Shown: positions 17,909 through 27,000, counted from the stretch's first letter. The stretch is DNA of 64,000 bases from an uncultured Steroidobacteraceae bacterium (GCA_964417875.1 CAYQJU010000001.1:39675-103674), one strand, 5' to 3'. Translations and numbers: made by a program. Notes: generated from the letters alone by a model not told the origin.

Positions 17909-18799
17909 ATGGCCATCGACTCCGTCAATGCATCGTTCTTCGCTGATCCGGCCGCGCTGGGGTCGATCCGGCGTGAGGCCGCGAGCAATTCACCTGAGGC
18001 ATTGCGCGAGACGGCGAAGCAGTTCGAGAGCCTGTTCACCACGATGCTGCTGAAGAGCATGCGCGCGGCGTCGCCCGGCGATCCCTATGCCAGCGACCAG
18101 CAGGATTTCTACCAGGACATGTTCGACCAGCAGCTTGCGGCGCAGCTGTCGAAGGGCAAGGGACTGGGACTGGCCGATGTGCTGGTGCGCCAGCTGATGC
18201 AGGGGCAGGGCGGCGAGCCATTCGGGGCGCAGGCTGCAGGAATGACGGCGGCGGCTCCGGCCGCAGCAGCGGGCGCGGCGCCGGCGCCGGCGCCGGACTG
18301 GCCGCCGAAGAATGCCGATGACTTCGTGCGCACGATCCGGCCCGCCGCGACGGCCGCCGCGCGCGAACTGGGTGTCGATCCCGACGTCGTGATCGCGCAT
18401 GCGGCGCTGGAAACCGGCTGGGGACGGTCAGTGCCCACCGGTGCCGATGGTCGCCCCAGCTTCAACCTGTTCGGCATCAAGGCAGGCAGCAGCTGGAAGG
18501 GCGCCGTGCAGGCCTCGGCGACGCATGAGTTCCTCGGCGGACGCATGCAGCAGGTCCGCGACGACTTCCGTGCCTACGATTCCCCCGAGCAGTCCATCCG
18601 CGATTATGTCGGACTGCTGAAGTCCAGCCCGCGCTATGCCGCGGCATTGAACACCGGCAGTGATGTGACTGCCTTCGCACAGGGCCTGGCACGCGGCGGC
18701 TATGCCACGGACCCGGACTATGTCACCAAGCTCACCGCGGTGGCCGCGCGACTCAAGTCCGCGCACGCCGTGCCGATAACCCAGGCGAACCCTGCCTGA
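17909..18799 (+). CDS. flgJ: Rod-assembly protein / peptidoglycan hydrolase FlgJ
   Basis: 296 aa with an N-terminal rod-binding motif (FESLFTTMLLKSMR) and a C-terminal glucosaminidase domain (AALETGWGRS...NLFGIK). Confidence 0.92.
   Translation: MAIDSVNASFFADPAALGSIRREAASNSPEALRETAKQFESLFTTMLLKSMRAASPGDPYASDQQDFYQDMFDQQLAAQLSKGKGLGLADVLVRQLMQGQGGEPFGAQAAGMTAAAPAAAAGAAPAPAPDWPPKNADDFVRTIRPAATAAARELGVDPDVVIAHAALETGWGRSVPTGADGRPSFNLFGIKAGSSWKGAVQASATHEFLGGRMQQVRDDFRAYDSPEQSIRDYVGLLKSSPRYAAALNTGSDVTAFAQGLARGGYATDPDYVTKLTAVAARLKSAHAVPITQANPA
18753..18779 (+). promoter_or_regulatory. Sigma-28 promoter for flgKL, internal to the 3' end of flgJ
   Basis: TCAAG-N14-GCCGATAA with a perfect -10. It lies 35 nt upstream of the flgK ATG. 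Confidence 0.75.
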
Positions 18800-18813
18800 A
18801 AGGCCAGTAGCCG

Positions 18814-20709
18814 ATGCCTGACATGCTGAATGTCTCTGTTTCCGGGTTGCGGGCCTTCCAGCGCGCGCTGGAAACCACCAGCCACAACATCGCCAATGTG
18901 GCGACGCCCGGTTACAGCCGGCAGGCGGTGAATTTCGCCACCAGCCAGCCGGAGATCTTCGGCAGCTCGGCGCTGGGCACCGGCGTCACCGTGCAGGGTG
19001 TGCGGCGCTTCAGCGACGACCTGCTGACGCTGCAGATGCGCAATGCCACCAGCGGCCACTCGCGGCTGTCGGTCTATGCGGAGAAAGCCGGCGCGCTGAG
19101 CAACCTGTTCGCGGACACTTCCACCGGCATCTCGGCGGCCCTGCAACGCTTCACCAATGCGCTGCAGGAAGTGGCCAATACGCCCACTTCCACCGCCGCG
19201 CGGCAGGTGCTGCTGTCCGAGGCGCAGGGGCTGACGACTCGGCTGAAGAGCTACGAGTCGCGCCTCAACACCATGGATGCGCAGATCAATGAGCAGCTGC
19301 GCGCCGAGGCGGCCTCGGTCAATGGCATCGCCACGAACATCGCGAAGCTCAACCAGGAGATCATGCGCGCCAGCAGCCAGACCGGCTCGGCGCCTGCCGA
19401 CCTGCTGGACGCGCGCGACCAGCAGCTGGCACAGCTTGCCGGGCGGCTCGATACCTCCATCGTGCGCCAGGACAATGGCGCCATCAATGTGTTCGTCGGC
19501 AATGGCCAGCCGCTGGTGCTGGGCAATGATGCCGCGCAGCTGGTGGCGCAGCCGGACCAGTTCCAGCCCGGCCGCATCTCGCTGGCCTTCCGCACCTCCA
19601 GCGATTCGGTGGATGTGTCCTCCTCGCTCAGCGGCGGCAGCATCGGCGGCCTGCTCGATGCGCGGCGCGAACTGATCGATCCGGCGCGCAATGAGCTCGG
19701 GCGCCTGGCCGTCGGCCTGGCCGAAGCCACGAACCTGCAGCATCACCGCGGCGTCGACCTGCATGGCGATGCGGGCGGTGACTTCTTCGCGGTGGGCGGT
19801 GTCGAGGTGCTGGCTTCCCGCAGCAATGACGGCAATGCCGCACTGGCCGTGACGCGCACCGGCGCCGGTGCGCTGGGCACCCAGGATTATGTGGTGCAGC
19901 ACAGCGGCGGCAACTGGAGCGTGCGACGCGCCGATACCGGTGCCGCCGTGCCATTCGCCGTCAATGGCGGCAATCTCGAATTCGGCGGCCTGTCGGTGGC
20001 CGTCAGCGGCGCCGCCGCCGATGGAGACCAGTTCCTCATCCGTCCCACCGTCAATGCCATCAGCGGCCTGCGCACCTTGATCAGCGATCCCTCGCGCGTC
20101 GCGGCCGCCTCGCCGGTGCGCACCGGCACTGCGGCGGGCAACGCAGGCACTGCGACGATCTCCGCCGGCCAGGTGCTGGATGCGGACGATGCCGCGCTGC
20201 GTGACCCGGTCACGATCCGCTTCACCGATGCCGGCAACTGGGAGGCGGTGGATGCCGCCAGCAACGTGCTCGGCACCGGCGCCTATGAGGCCGGTGGCGC
20301 GATCGAGTTCAATGGCTGGCGCGTGCGAATCGACGGCGTGGCCGCCGCTGGCGACAGCTTTACGGTCACTGCGAACACCGCAGGCGTCGGTGACAACAGC
20401 AATGCGCTGGAGATGGCCGAGGTGCTCGGCCGCGGCCTGTTCGCCGGCGGCACCGAATCGCTGGATGGCGCGGTCAGCCGCTTCGTCGGCTCGGTGGGCG
20501 TGGCCGCTGCCGGCGCGAATGCCAGCCTCGAAGCCCAGCAGATCATCTATGACGACAGCCTCGCGGCGGTGGATTCGCTGTCGGGCGTGAACCTCGATGA
20601 AGAGGCGGCCAACATGCTGCGCTACCAGCAGGCCTACCAGGCCGCCGCGCAGATGATCCGCGTCACCCAGGAACTGATGGATACACTGATGAACGCGGTG
20701 CGTCGATGA
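18814..20709 (+). CDS. flgK: Hook-filament junction protein FlgK (HAP1)
   Basis: 631 aa with the N-terminal SGLRAFQRALETTSHNIANVATPGYSRQ and C-terminal GVNLDEEAANMLRYQQAYQAAA. Confidence 0.94.
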   Translation: MPDMLNVSVSGLRAFQRALETTSHNIANVATPGYSRQAVNFATSQPEIFGSSALGTGVTVQGVRRFSDDLLTLQMRNATSGHSRLSVYAEKAGALSNLFADTSTGISAALQRFTNALQEVANTPTSTAARQVLLSEAQGLTTRLKSYESRLNTMDAQINEQLRAEAASVNGIATNIAKLNQEIMRASSQTGSAPADLLDARDQQLAQLAGRLDTSIVRQDNGAINVFVGNGQPLVLGNDAAQLVAQPDQFQPGRISLAFRTSSDSVDVSSSLSGGSIGGLLDARRELIDPARNELGRLAVGLAEATNLQHHRGVDLHGDAGGDFFAVGGVEVLASRSNDGNAALAVTRTGAGALGTQDYVVQHSGGNWSVRRADTGAAVPFAVNGGNLEFGGLSVAVSGAAADGDQFLIRPTVNAISGLRTLISDPSRVAAASPVRTGTAAGNAGTATISAGQVLDADDAALRDPVTIRFTDAGNWEAVDAASNVLGTGAYEAGGAIEFNGWRVRIDGVAAAGDSFTVTANTAGVGDNSNALEMAEVLGRGLFAGGTESLDGAVSRFVGSVGVAAAGANASLEAQQIIYDDSLAAVDSLSGVNLDEEAANMLRYQQAYQAAAQMIRVTQELMDTLMNAVRR

Positions 20710-21953
20710 TCAGCCGCATGTCGACGCCTGGCCAGCATGCCTCGGCCATTGCGCAGATCCTGAAGCAGCAGGTCGCGCTGGCGAAGACGCAGGTGCAGGT
20801 GGCATCCGGCCGCCGCATCCAGACGCCCGCCGACGATCCCATTGCCGCCACGCGCATCCTCGGCGTGGAGCGTGCGCAGTCGCAGCTCGACCAGTATGGC
20901 CGCAATGCCGGCATGGCCACGCAGCGGCTGGGATTCGCCGAGCAGGCGTTCACCGACCTGAACTCGCTGCTGCAACGGGTGCATGTGCTGGCCGTGCAGG
21001 CCAACAGCGGCGCGATGGATGACGCCTCGCTGGGCACCATCGCCACCGAGCTGCGCGCCCGCGCCGGCGAGCTGCTGCAGATCGCCAACCGGCAGGACGG
21101 CAATGGCGAATTCCTGTTCGCCGGCTTCTCCAGCGGCACGCGTCCCTTCGCGCCCGCCGGTGGCAATGTCAGCTACGCCGGTGACCAGGGCACGCGGCAG
21201 CTTGCGATCAGCGCCACGCAGTCCATCGCCGACGGCTTCAATGGCGCGCAGGTGTTCATGCACGTGCCGGAAGGCAATGGCGCGTTCACCGTCTCGACCG
21301 GCACGCATGCGGGTACCGGGTTCATCGGCGTCAGCCAGGTGACCGATCCTGCCGCATGGTCCGCCGCTGCGGCGGCGGCCGCGGCCGTGCCGCAGGCGCA
21401 TGGCTACACCATCCGTTTTACCGATCCGGATGCCGACGGCACCGCCGACACCTGGACGGTGGAAGACACCGGCGGCACGCAGGTCGCGACCGGCAGTTAT
21501 GTCGCCGGCGGCGCCATCTCATTCGATGGCATCCAGGTGACCATCGAAGGGTCGCCGGCCGTGGACGACACATTCACGGTCGCACCGGCCGCCACCGAAG
21601 ATGTCTTCCGCACCGTGGAGGACCTGATCCTCGCGCTGAGCCGCGGTGCCGACACGCCCGAGGCGCGCGCGCAGCTCGGCACCGACATCAACAAGGCGCT
21701 GGGCCAGCTCACCACCGCCATGGACCATGTGGTGAACCTGCGAGCCGAGACCGGTTCGCGCCTGTCGGCGCTGGATGCCGCCGCCACGCATCGCGACGAC
21801 CTGGACTACGAGTTCGCCGCCTCGCTGAGCGCGCTGCGCGACCTCGACTATGCCGAGGCCATCAGCCGGCTGAACCAGCAGGTGGCCGGGCTGCAGGCAG
21901 CGCAGGCGGCCTATACCCGCATCGGCCAGATGTCCCTGTTCGACATCCTGTAG
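20706..21953 (+). CDS. flgL: Hook-filament junction protein FlgL (HAP3)
   Basis: 415 aa with flagellin-like N- and C-terminal helices (RISTPADDPIAA-type motif, C-terminal LQAAQAAYTRIGQMSLFD). Confidence 0.9.
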   Translation: MISRMSTPGQHASAIAQILKQQVALAKTQVQVASGRRIQTPADDPIAATRILGVERAQSQLDQYGRNAGMATQRLGFAEQAFTDLNSLLQRVHVLAVQANSGAMDDASLGTIATELRARAGELLQIANRQDGNGEFLFAGFSSGTRPFAPAGGNVSYAGDQGTRQLAISATQSIADGFNGAQVFMHVPEGNGAFTVSTGTHAGTGFIGVSQVTDPAAWSAAAAAAAAVPQAHGYTIRFTDPDADGTADTWTVEDTGGTQVATGSYVAGGAISFDGIQVTIEGSPAVDDTFTVAPAATEDVFRTVEDLILALSRGADTPEARAQLGTDINKALGQLTTAMDHVVNLRAETGSRLSALDAAATHRDDLDYEFAASLSALRDLDYAEAISRLNQQVAGLQAAQAAYTRIGQMSLFDIL

Positions 21954-22023
21954 GCCATTCGCCAGAGCTTGCGCGATTGTGAGCGAAGTCTCACTTCCCC
22001 CGCCAAATCTGCCGATTGCGTCT

Positions 22024-22050
22024 TCAAGTAACGACAGCCGGCGCCGTTAA
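22024..22050 (+). promoter_or_regulatory. Sigma-28 promoter of fliC
   Basis: TCAAG-N14-GCCGTTAA. It lies about 100 nt upstream of the flagellin ATG. Confidence 0.8.
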
Positions 22051-22151
22051 CCCTCTCGAAGAGCGCACTGGGAGGCGATAGCCCACCAGGGCAATCGCCG
22101 GCCACAACGCCGGAAGACCTGGACCCCGAGAATTCAACAGGAGCATCTAGA

Positions 22152-23735
22152 ATGGCACTTGTCATCAACACCAACGTGATGTCGCTGAACGCACAGCGCA
22201 ACCTCACGACTTCCAGCAGTGCGCTGGCCAACTCGCTGCAGCGCCTGTCTTCGGGCCTGCGCATCAACAGCGCGAAGGACGACGCCGCCGGTCTTGCGAT
22301 CTCCAACCGCATGACCACGCAGATCAACGGCCTGAACCAGGCCGTGCGCAATGCAAACGACGGCATCTCGCTGGCCCAGACCACCGAAGGCGCCCTGCAG
22401 GAAGTGACCAACAACCTGCAGCGCATCCGTGAGCTGGCCGTGCAGTCGGCCAACGCGACGAACTCGGACAACGACCGCATGGCGCTGAACCAGGAAGTCG
22501 ACCAGCGCCTGCAGGAAATCCAGCGCATCGCCAGCCAGACCTCGTTCAACGGCCGCAAGGTGCTGGACGGCAGCTTCGGCAACGCGCTCTTCCAGGTCGG
22601 TGCGAACGTCGGCGAGACGATCTCGGTCGGCCTCAGCACCAGCATGAACACTGACCGCATCGGCAACATTCATTCCTCTGCCGGCACCGGCGTGAACGTG
22701 AACGACGTCATTGCCGCGACGGCTGGTACCCCGGCTACCGAAGCGCAGGTCGCGGTGCCGGCTACGTCTGCCGCACTTGGTACGCTTGCAACCTCGGCCA
22801 ACGGCGCGGGCGCCGGTGACGGATTCGACTTTGTGCTGTCGCTGGACGCTGGCGATGTTACTTTGGACGTCACCGCCACGATCGACGGCGGCGATGATCT
22901 GGATGCAACCGCTTTTGCGACTGCCCTGACCGCCGCCGGATTCGCAGATGATGGTGACGCTGTCAGCGGATTCACGATCAATTTCAACGGCGAAGCGGAT
23001 CTGGCGAGCGCCCTGAGCGCAGGCAGCATCACCTTCTCGCGTGCAGACGGCGTGAACTTCTCCGTCTCCCAGGCCTTCGATGACGCTGACGGTGGTACAC
23101 CTGCAAACGAGACGGGCTTCGGTGGTGCTGCCATCGGCGCCACCACCACCAACGGCTCGGAAGCCGTTGACGCCGCCGATGCCGAGCCGGGCACGCCGAT
23201 CGGCGCCCTGACCATCCAGGTGGGCAGCGGCGAGGCGGTGGACCTGTCGGGTGAGTACGCCACGGCGCAGGAGTTGATCGACCGCATCGCAACTGCGGGT
23301 GCCGTTGCCACCGTGGATGCGGAGGGCAACCTGACGATCTCCGCCGCGGAAGAGTTCACGCTGACGGGCGCCGGTGCGGCAGACCTCGGCCTGACGGCCG
23401 GTGCGTCGACGGAGTCGACCACGGGGCTGACGCAGGTCAACGTGCTGAATGTCTCGGATTCCAACGATGCCATCCTGCGCATCGATTCGGCTCTGACCGC
23501 GGTCAGCGACCTGCGTGGCACCCTGGGTGCCATCCAGAACCGCTTCGAGTCGACCATCAACAGCATCCAGACGGTGTCGGAGAACCTCTCTGCCTCGCGC
23601 AGCCGCATCATGGACACGGACTTCGCCGCCGAAACGGCTGCGCTGACCCGCGCCCAGATCCTGCAGCAGGCCGGTACCGCCATGGTGGCCCAGGCCAACA
23701 CGGTGCCGCAGAACGTGCTGTCGCTGCTGCGCTAA
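22152..23735 (+). CDS. fliC: Flagellin
   Basis: 527 aa. The N-terminal [18 protein letters not shown]...[15 protein letters not shown] and the C-terminal [28 protein letters not shown]...LSLLR are both present. The central Ala/Gly/Asp/Thr-rich variable domain contains a Flagellin_IN-like repeat. Confidence 0.97.
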   Translation: MALVINTNVMSLNAQRNLTTSSSALANSLQRLSSGLRINSAKDDAAGLAISNRMTTQINGLNQAVRNANDGISLAQTTEGALQEVTNNLQRIRELAVQSANATNSDNDRMALNQEVDQRLQEIQRIASQTSFNGRKVLDGSFGNALFQVGANVGETISVGLSTSMNTDRIGNIHSSAGTGVNVNDVIAATAGTPATEAQVAVPATSAALGTLATSANGAGAGDGFDFVLSLDAGDVTLDVTATIDGGDDLDATAFATALTAAGFADDGDAVSGFTINFNGEADLASALSAGSITFSRADGVNFSVSQAFDDADGGTPANETGFGGAAIGATTTNGSEAVDAADAEPGTPIGALTIQVGSGEAVDLSGEYATAQELIDRIATAGAVATVDAEGNLTISAAEEFTLTGAGAADLGLTAGASTESTTGLTQVNVLNVSDSNDAILRIDSALTAVSDLRGTLGAIQNRFESTINSIQTVSENLSASRSRIMDTDFAAETAALTRAQILQQAGTAMVAQANTVPQNVLSLLR

Positions 23736-23764
23736 GGCATGCGTCAGACACCTTGACCGGAATC

Positions 23765-23794
23765 GGCGGGGGCCCTCACGGGCTCCCGCCTTTT
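23765..23794 (+). terminator. Rho-independent terminator after fliC
   Basis: GGCGGGGGCCC-tcac-GGGCTCCCGCC forms an 11-bp stem (one G-U pair) followed by TTTT. It begins 30 nt after the fliC stop. Confidence 0.85.
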
Positions 23795-23815
23795 GCCGTC
23801 AGCTAGCGAGGGAAC

Positions 23816-24181
23816 ATGGAAATCCCGGTCTCCAAGCCGATCGCTGCAAGTTCCGTCCCTGCATCACAGCCGGACATGAAGCAGGCCGGGCCCGCCGTTG
23901 TCGAACGCGTTGCGGCGCCGGCACCAGTGGCGGAAGTCGAGAAGGTTCCCGTGACGAATATCCTGCAGACGCAGGAAGCCATCGCCGAACAGGTCAGCCG
24001 CTACCTGCAGACCTCGGCCCGCAACCTTGAATTCCAGGTCGAAGGGGACTCCGCGACACCCGTCATCATCGTGCGCGATGGTGAGGGCAATGTGATCCGG
24101 CGCATCCCGGGCGAAGATGCCCTGCAGATGCTGCGTCTCGCGAATGCGCAATCGGGCACATTCGTGAATTCGATCGCCTGA
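23816..24181 (+). CDS. flaG: FlaG family flagellar protein
   Basis: 121 aa. NLEFQVEGDSATPVIIVRDGEGNVIRRIPGEDAL is typical of FlaG, and the gene sits between fliC and fliD. Confidence 0.85.
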   Translation: MEIPVSKPIAASSVPASQPDMKQAGPAVVERVAAPAPVAEVEKVPVTNILQTQEAIAEQVSRYLQTSARNLEFQVEGDSATPVIIVRDGEGNVIRRIPGEDALQMLRLANAQSGTFVNSIA

Positions 24182-24193
24182 CATACTGCTGGC

Positions 24194-25582
24194 ATGGCGA
24201 CCATCTCATCTCCGGGGCTGGGTTCGGGACTGGATATCCACTCGCTGGTTTCACAGCTGGTGGCGGCCGAACGTGCGCCGAAGGACCGTCAGCTCACCAG
24301 CACCGACGCGAAGCTCACCACCGAATTCACGGCACTGGCCACGTTGAAAGGGGCCCTGTCGAGCCTGCGCAATGCCGTCAATGGCCTGAAGGGTCCGGAT
24401 GCATTCGGAATCCGCCGCGCGGTGGTCGGTGACGATCAGTACCTTGCGGCATCGGCCACGGCATCTGCGATTGCCGGTGAATACACCGTGCAGGTCCAGC
24501 AGCTGGCGAGCGCGGCGAGGCTGGGCTCCGCGGCTTACCCGGATGGTCCCGACACCGCGGTGGGCACCGGCACGCTGACGATCACGGCCGGTGAACGCAG
24601 CTTCGACATCGTCATCGCCGAAGGCGGCGATACGCTCGCGCAGATCCGCGACGCGATCAACAGCGCCGAAGGCAACACCGCGGTTCGCGCCACGCTGATC
24701 CGCGACGCCAGCGGCGCGCACCTGGTGCTGACCGGCACGGCCACCGGTGCCGACAATTCAATTTCGGTGACGGCATCGGATGCGTCCGCAGGCCTGCAGC
24801 AGCTTGCTGCTGACCTTGCCGACTTCGATCCGGATCGCGACGCGGCGGCACAGGATGCCATCGCCCATGTCTCCGGCTACGAGATCCGCAGCAGCAACAA
24901 CACGCTGACCAACGCCATCGACGGTGTGACGCTGACCCTGAAGAAGGTCACGCCGGAGGGCGAAACCATCTCCTTCGCCGTGCAGCGAGATGATGCGGCC
25001 ATCCAGAAGAAGGCCGAGAGCTTCGTCTCGGCCTACAACGCTCTGGCGCAGCAGGTGGCCTCCCTGGGGCGCTATGACGCCGCCACGAAGACCGCAGGTC
25101 CGATGCTCGGCGACTCGATGCTGCGCAACCTCGACACGCAGCTGCGGCGCATGCTCTCTGAGCCCGTGGCAGGCACCACCGGGGCCTACCGCACGCTGAC
25201 CAGCCTCGGCATCGAGGTCACCGTGACCGGCACGCTGCAGCTGGATGCGAACAAGTTCAAGGCTGCCCTCGCCGCGGATCCTGACGCCGTGAACCGTGTG
25301 TTCTCGTCCGAGTCAGGCCTCGCAGTGCGCATGTCGCAATACCTGGACGAAAGGCTGTCTGCCAGTGGCGAATTTGCCACGCGCAACGATCGCATCTCCA
25401 GCGAGCGCCGCCGCCTGGACCAGCAACGTGAAGCCCTCGAAGCCCGCATGGTCGTCGTGCAGCAGCGCTACCTGAAGCAGTTCACCGCGATGGACGCGCT
25501 GCTGGCGCAGATGCAGAACACCTCCGGATATCTCAGCCAGCAGCTTGAAGGACTGCAGAAGCTCGCCACCGGCTCGCGCTAG
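24194..25582 (+). CDS. fliD: Filament cap protein FliD (HAP2)
   Basis: 462 aa with the N-terminal ISSPGLGSGLDIHSLVSQLVAAERAP and a C-terminal coiled coil (YLKQFTAMDALLAQMQNTS). Confidence 0.95.
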   Translation: MATISSPGLGSGLDIHSLVSQLVAAERAPKDRQLTSTDAKLTTEFTALATLKGALSSLRNAVNGLKGPDAFGIRRAVVGDDQYLAASATASAIAGEYTVQVQQLASAARLGSAAYPDGPDTAVGTGTLTITAGERSFDIVIAEGGDTLAQIRDAINSAEGNTAVRATLIRDASGAHLVLTGTATGADNSISVTASDASAGLQQLAADLADFDPDRDAAAQDAIAHVSGYEIRSSNNTLTNAIDGVTLTLKKVTPEGETISFAVQRDDAAIQKKAESFVSAYNALAQQVASLGRYDAATKTAGPMLGDSMLRNLDTQLRRMLSEPVAGTTGAYRTLTSLGIEVTVTGTLQLDANKFKAALAADPDAVNRVFSSESGLAVRMSQYLDERLSASGEFATRNDRISSERRRLDQQREALEARMVVVQQRYLKQFTAMDALLAQMQNTSGYLSQQLEGLQKLATGSR

Positions 25583-25589
25583 TTCGCGC

Positions 25590-25616
25590 TCAAGTTCCGG
25601 CGCGCCGCGCCGTTAA
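25590..25616 (+). promoter_or_regulatory. Sigma-28 promoter of the fliS operon
   Basis: TCAAG-N14-GCCGTTAA, with the same -35 and -10 hexamer variants as the fliC promoter. It lies 27 nt upstream of the fliS ATG, which has an AGGAG SD. Confidence 0.75.
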
Positions 25617-25642
25617 GTCGCATGTAGAGCAGGAGTGTCTTC

Positions 25643-26038
25643 ATGTCGGCTTACCCAAACAGATCCAGTCTCGCCGCCTATCGTTCCGTCGCTGCACACA
25701 GCGGCGTGGATGCGGCCGATCCGCACCGTCTCATCACCATGCTGATGGACGGCGTGCTGGAACGCCTGGCCTCCGCGCGCGGAGCCATGGACCACGGCGA
25801 GACCGAGGCCAAGAACCGCCTCATCCACCGCGCCGTGGCCATCGTCGAAGAGCTGCGCGCCAGCATCAATGTGCAGGCGGGCGGCCAGATCGCCGCGAAC
25901 CTTGCGGACCTTTATGACTACTGCGGCCGCCAGCTGGTGCGTGCCAACCTCGAGAACCGCGGCGAGCTGCTCGATGAGGTCGGCAACCTTCTGCGCGAGA
26001 TCCGCGGCGCCTGGGTGCAGATCCCGGCCGCGAAATGA
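25643..26038 (+). CDS. fliS: Flagellin export chaperone FliS
   Basis: 131 aa. AAYRSV...PHRLITMLMDGVLERL...AKNRLIHRAVAIVEELRASIN is the typical FliS four-helix bundle. Confidence 0.93.
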   Translation: MSAYPNRSSLAAYRSVAAHSGVDAADPHRLITMLMDGVLERLASARGAMDHGETEAKNRLIHRAVAIVEELRASINVQAGGQIAANLADLYDYCGRQLVRANLENRGELLDEVGNLLREIRGAWVQIPAAK

Positions 26039-26289
26039 CCGGGTCCGCCGCGATGACTTCCGAAGGGCGGTTGCTGGCGCAGGGTGTGACGGCGTCCACA
26101 TTCCAGATCGTGCGCGGCGTCCTCGCGGCGGCCGACAGTGAAGCCATCCGCCGCCTGATGGCCGAGCGCCAGCGCCTGCTGGGCGAGCTGGCACGCTACA
26201 TGAATACAGAAAGGCATGTCGGTTCACTGGCGGCCCTGCGGGCCTCGGTGGCCGAATCCGACCGGACGCTGGAGATGCTGCTCACATAG
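26035..26289 (+). CDS. Small helical flagellar-cluster protein, possibly a FliT-like chaperone
   Basis: 84 aa. Its ATGA overlaps the fliS stop, so the genes look translationally coupled, and it holds the position FliT has in related clusters. No diagnostic motif was recognised. Confidence 0.4.
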   Translation: MTGSAAMTSEGRLLAQGVTASTFQIVRGVLAAADSEAIRRLMAERQRLLGELARYMNTERHVGSLAALRASVAESDRTLEMLLT

Positions 26290-26318
26290 TCCACTCCCGG
26301 TTGCACAATGGAGCGGAC

Positions 26319-26918
26319 ATGTACGAAGGCGTCGATACCATCATCCTGAACAACGAGCTGGCCTACCAGGACCTGCTGCCGGTGGCCTTCAAGCCGCTGG
26401 CGCGGCCAATGGAACTGCCGGCGGTCGCCGCGCTCACCGACCGCAATGTGCGCGTGCTGCAGGTCTGCGCGGTGCTGGAAGAGCAGGGCGCCGTCGAGAA
26501 GAAGGATGATGCCTCGCCGAATGCCACCGATGTGGCGCGCCTGGAGGTCAAGGTGAACCTGCTGCTCGATCTGGTCGGTCAGCTGCTGGCCGCGCAGGTT
26601 CCCCGTCCGGTGCCGGCGCTGGTGCGCTTCAATGCACTCGGCGCACTGTGGAAATCGGCCAATCCGCCGCGCGTCGGCCAGCAGGGGCTGCTGGAGATCT
26701 GGCTGCGCGACAGCCTGCCGCAGCCGCTGGCATTGATTGCCAATGTCACCCATGTCGCCGCCGATGGCCATGTGAAGGCCAGTTTCGTGCCGCCGGGTGA
26801 AGCGACCGCCGATCTGCTGGAGAAACTGGCGTTCCGCCGTCACCGGCGTCAGGTTGCCGGCTCCCGCCAGCCGCGCCGGCCGGGAAATGAGACGGCAATC
26901 ACAAGGATCCTCCGATGA
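26319..26918 (+). CDS. Atypical (tetrameric-type) PilZ-like domain protein
   Basis: ATG at 26319 is preceded by GGAG 5 nt upstream; the listed TTG at 26301 is less likely. The beta-rich ends flank a long central helix (DVARLEVKVNLLLDLVGQLLAAQ). The canonical RxxxR / DxSxxG motifs are absent. The layout resembles noncanonical Xanthomonas PilZ proteins found next to fleQ. This call is from memory only. Confidence 0.45.
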   Translation: MYEGVDTIILNNELAYQDLLPVAFKPLARPMELPAVAALTDRNVRVLQVCAVLEEQGAVEKKDDASPNATDVARLEVKVNLLLDLVGQLLAAQVPRPVPALVRFNALGALWKSANPPRVGQQGLLEIWLRDSLPQPLALIANVTHVAADGHVKASFVPPGEATADLLEKLAFRRHRRQVAGSRQPRRPGNETAITRILR

Positions 26919-26919
26919 T

Positions 26920-26934
26920 TGACGCGTTGCGTCA
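26920..26934. promoter_or_regulatory. Inverted repeat TGACGC-gtt-GCGTCA followed by CTTTTCC (weak terminator or operator upstream of the first sigma-54 activator)
   Basis: 6-bp arms, a 3-nt loop and a short T run. It starts 2 nt after the PilZ-like stop and lies 66 nt before the activator ATG. Confidence 0.3.
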
Positions 26935-27000
26935 CTTTTCCGACGCAGCAGGTTTGCGAGACTGGCCACCTTCGCAACCAACAACGAACAAACGCTGCAC

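Noticed and set aside
21979-21994. GTGAG-cgaagt-CTCAC inverted repeat after flgL, considered as a member of the GTGAY-N4-RTCAC family or as a terminator.
   Set aside because: The arm spacing is 6 rather than 4, so it does not fit the family. The 5-bp stem without a T tract is too weak to call a terminator.
26963-26976. TGGCCA-CCT-TCGCA upstream of the first sigma-54 activator, considered as a sigma-54 promoter.
   Set aside because: The GG-to-GC spacing is two nt too short. I found no convincing promoter of any class for this gene by eye, so its promoter remains unassigned.
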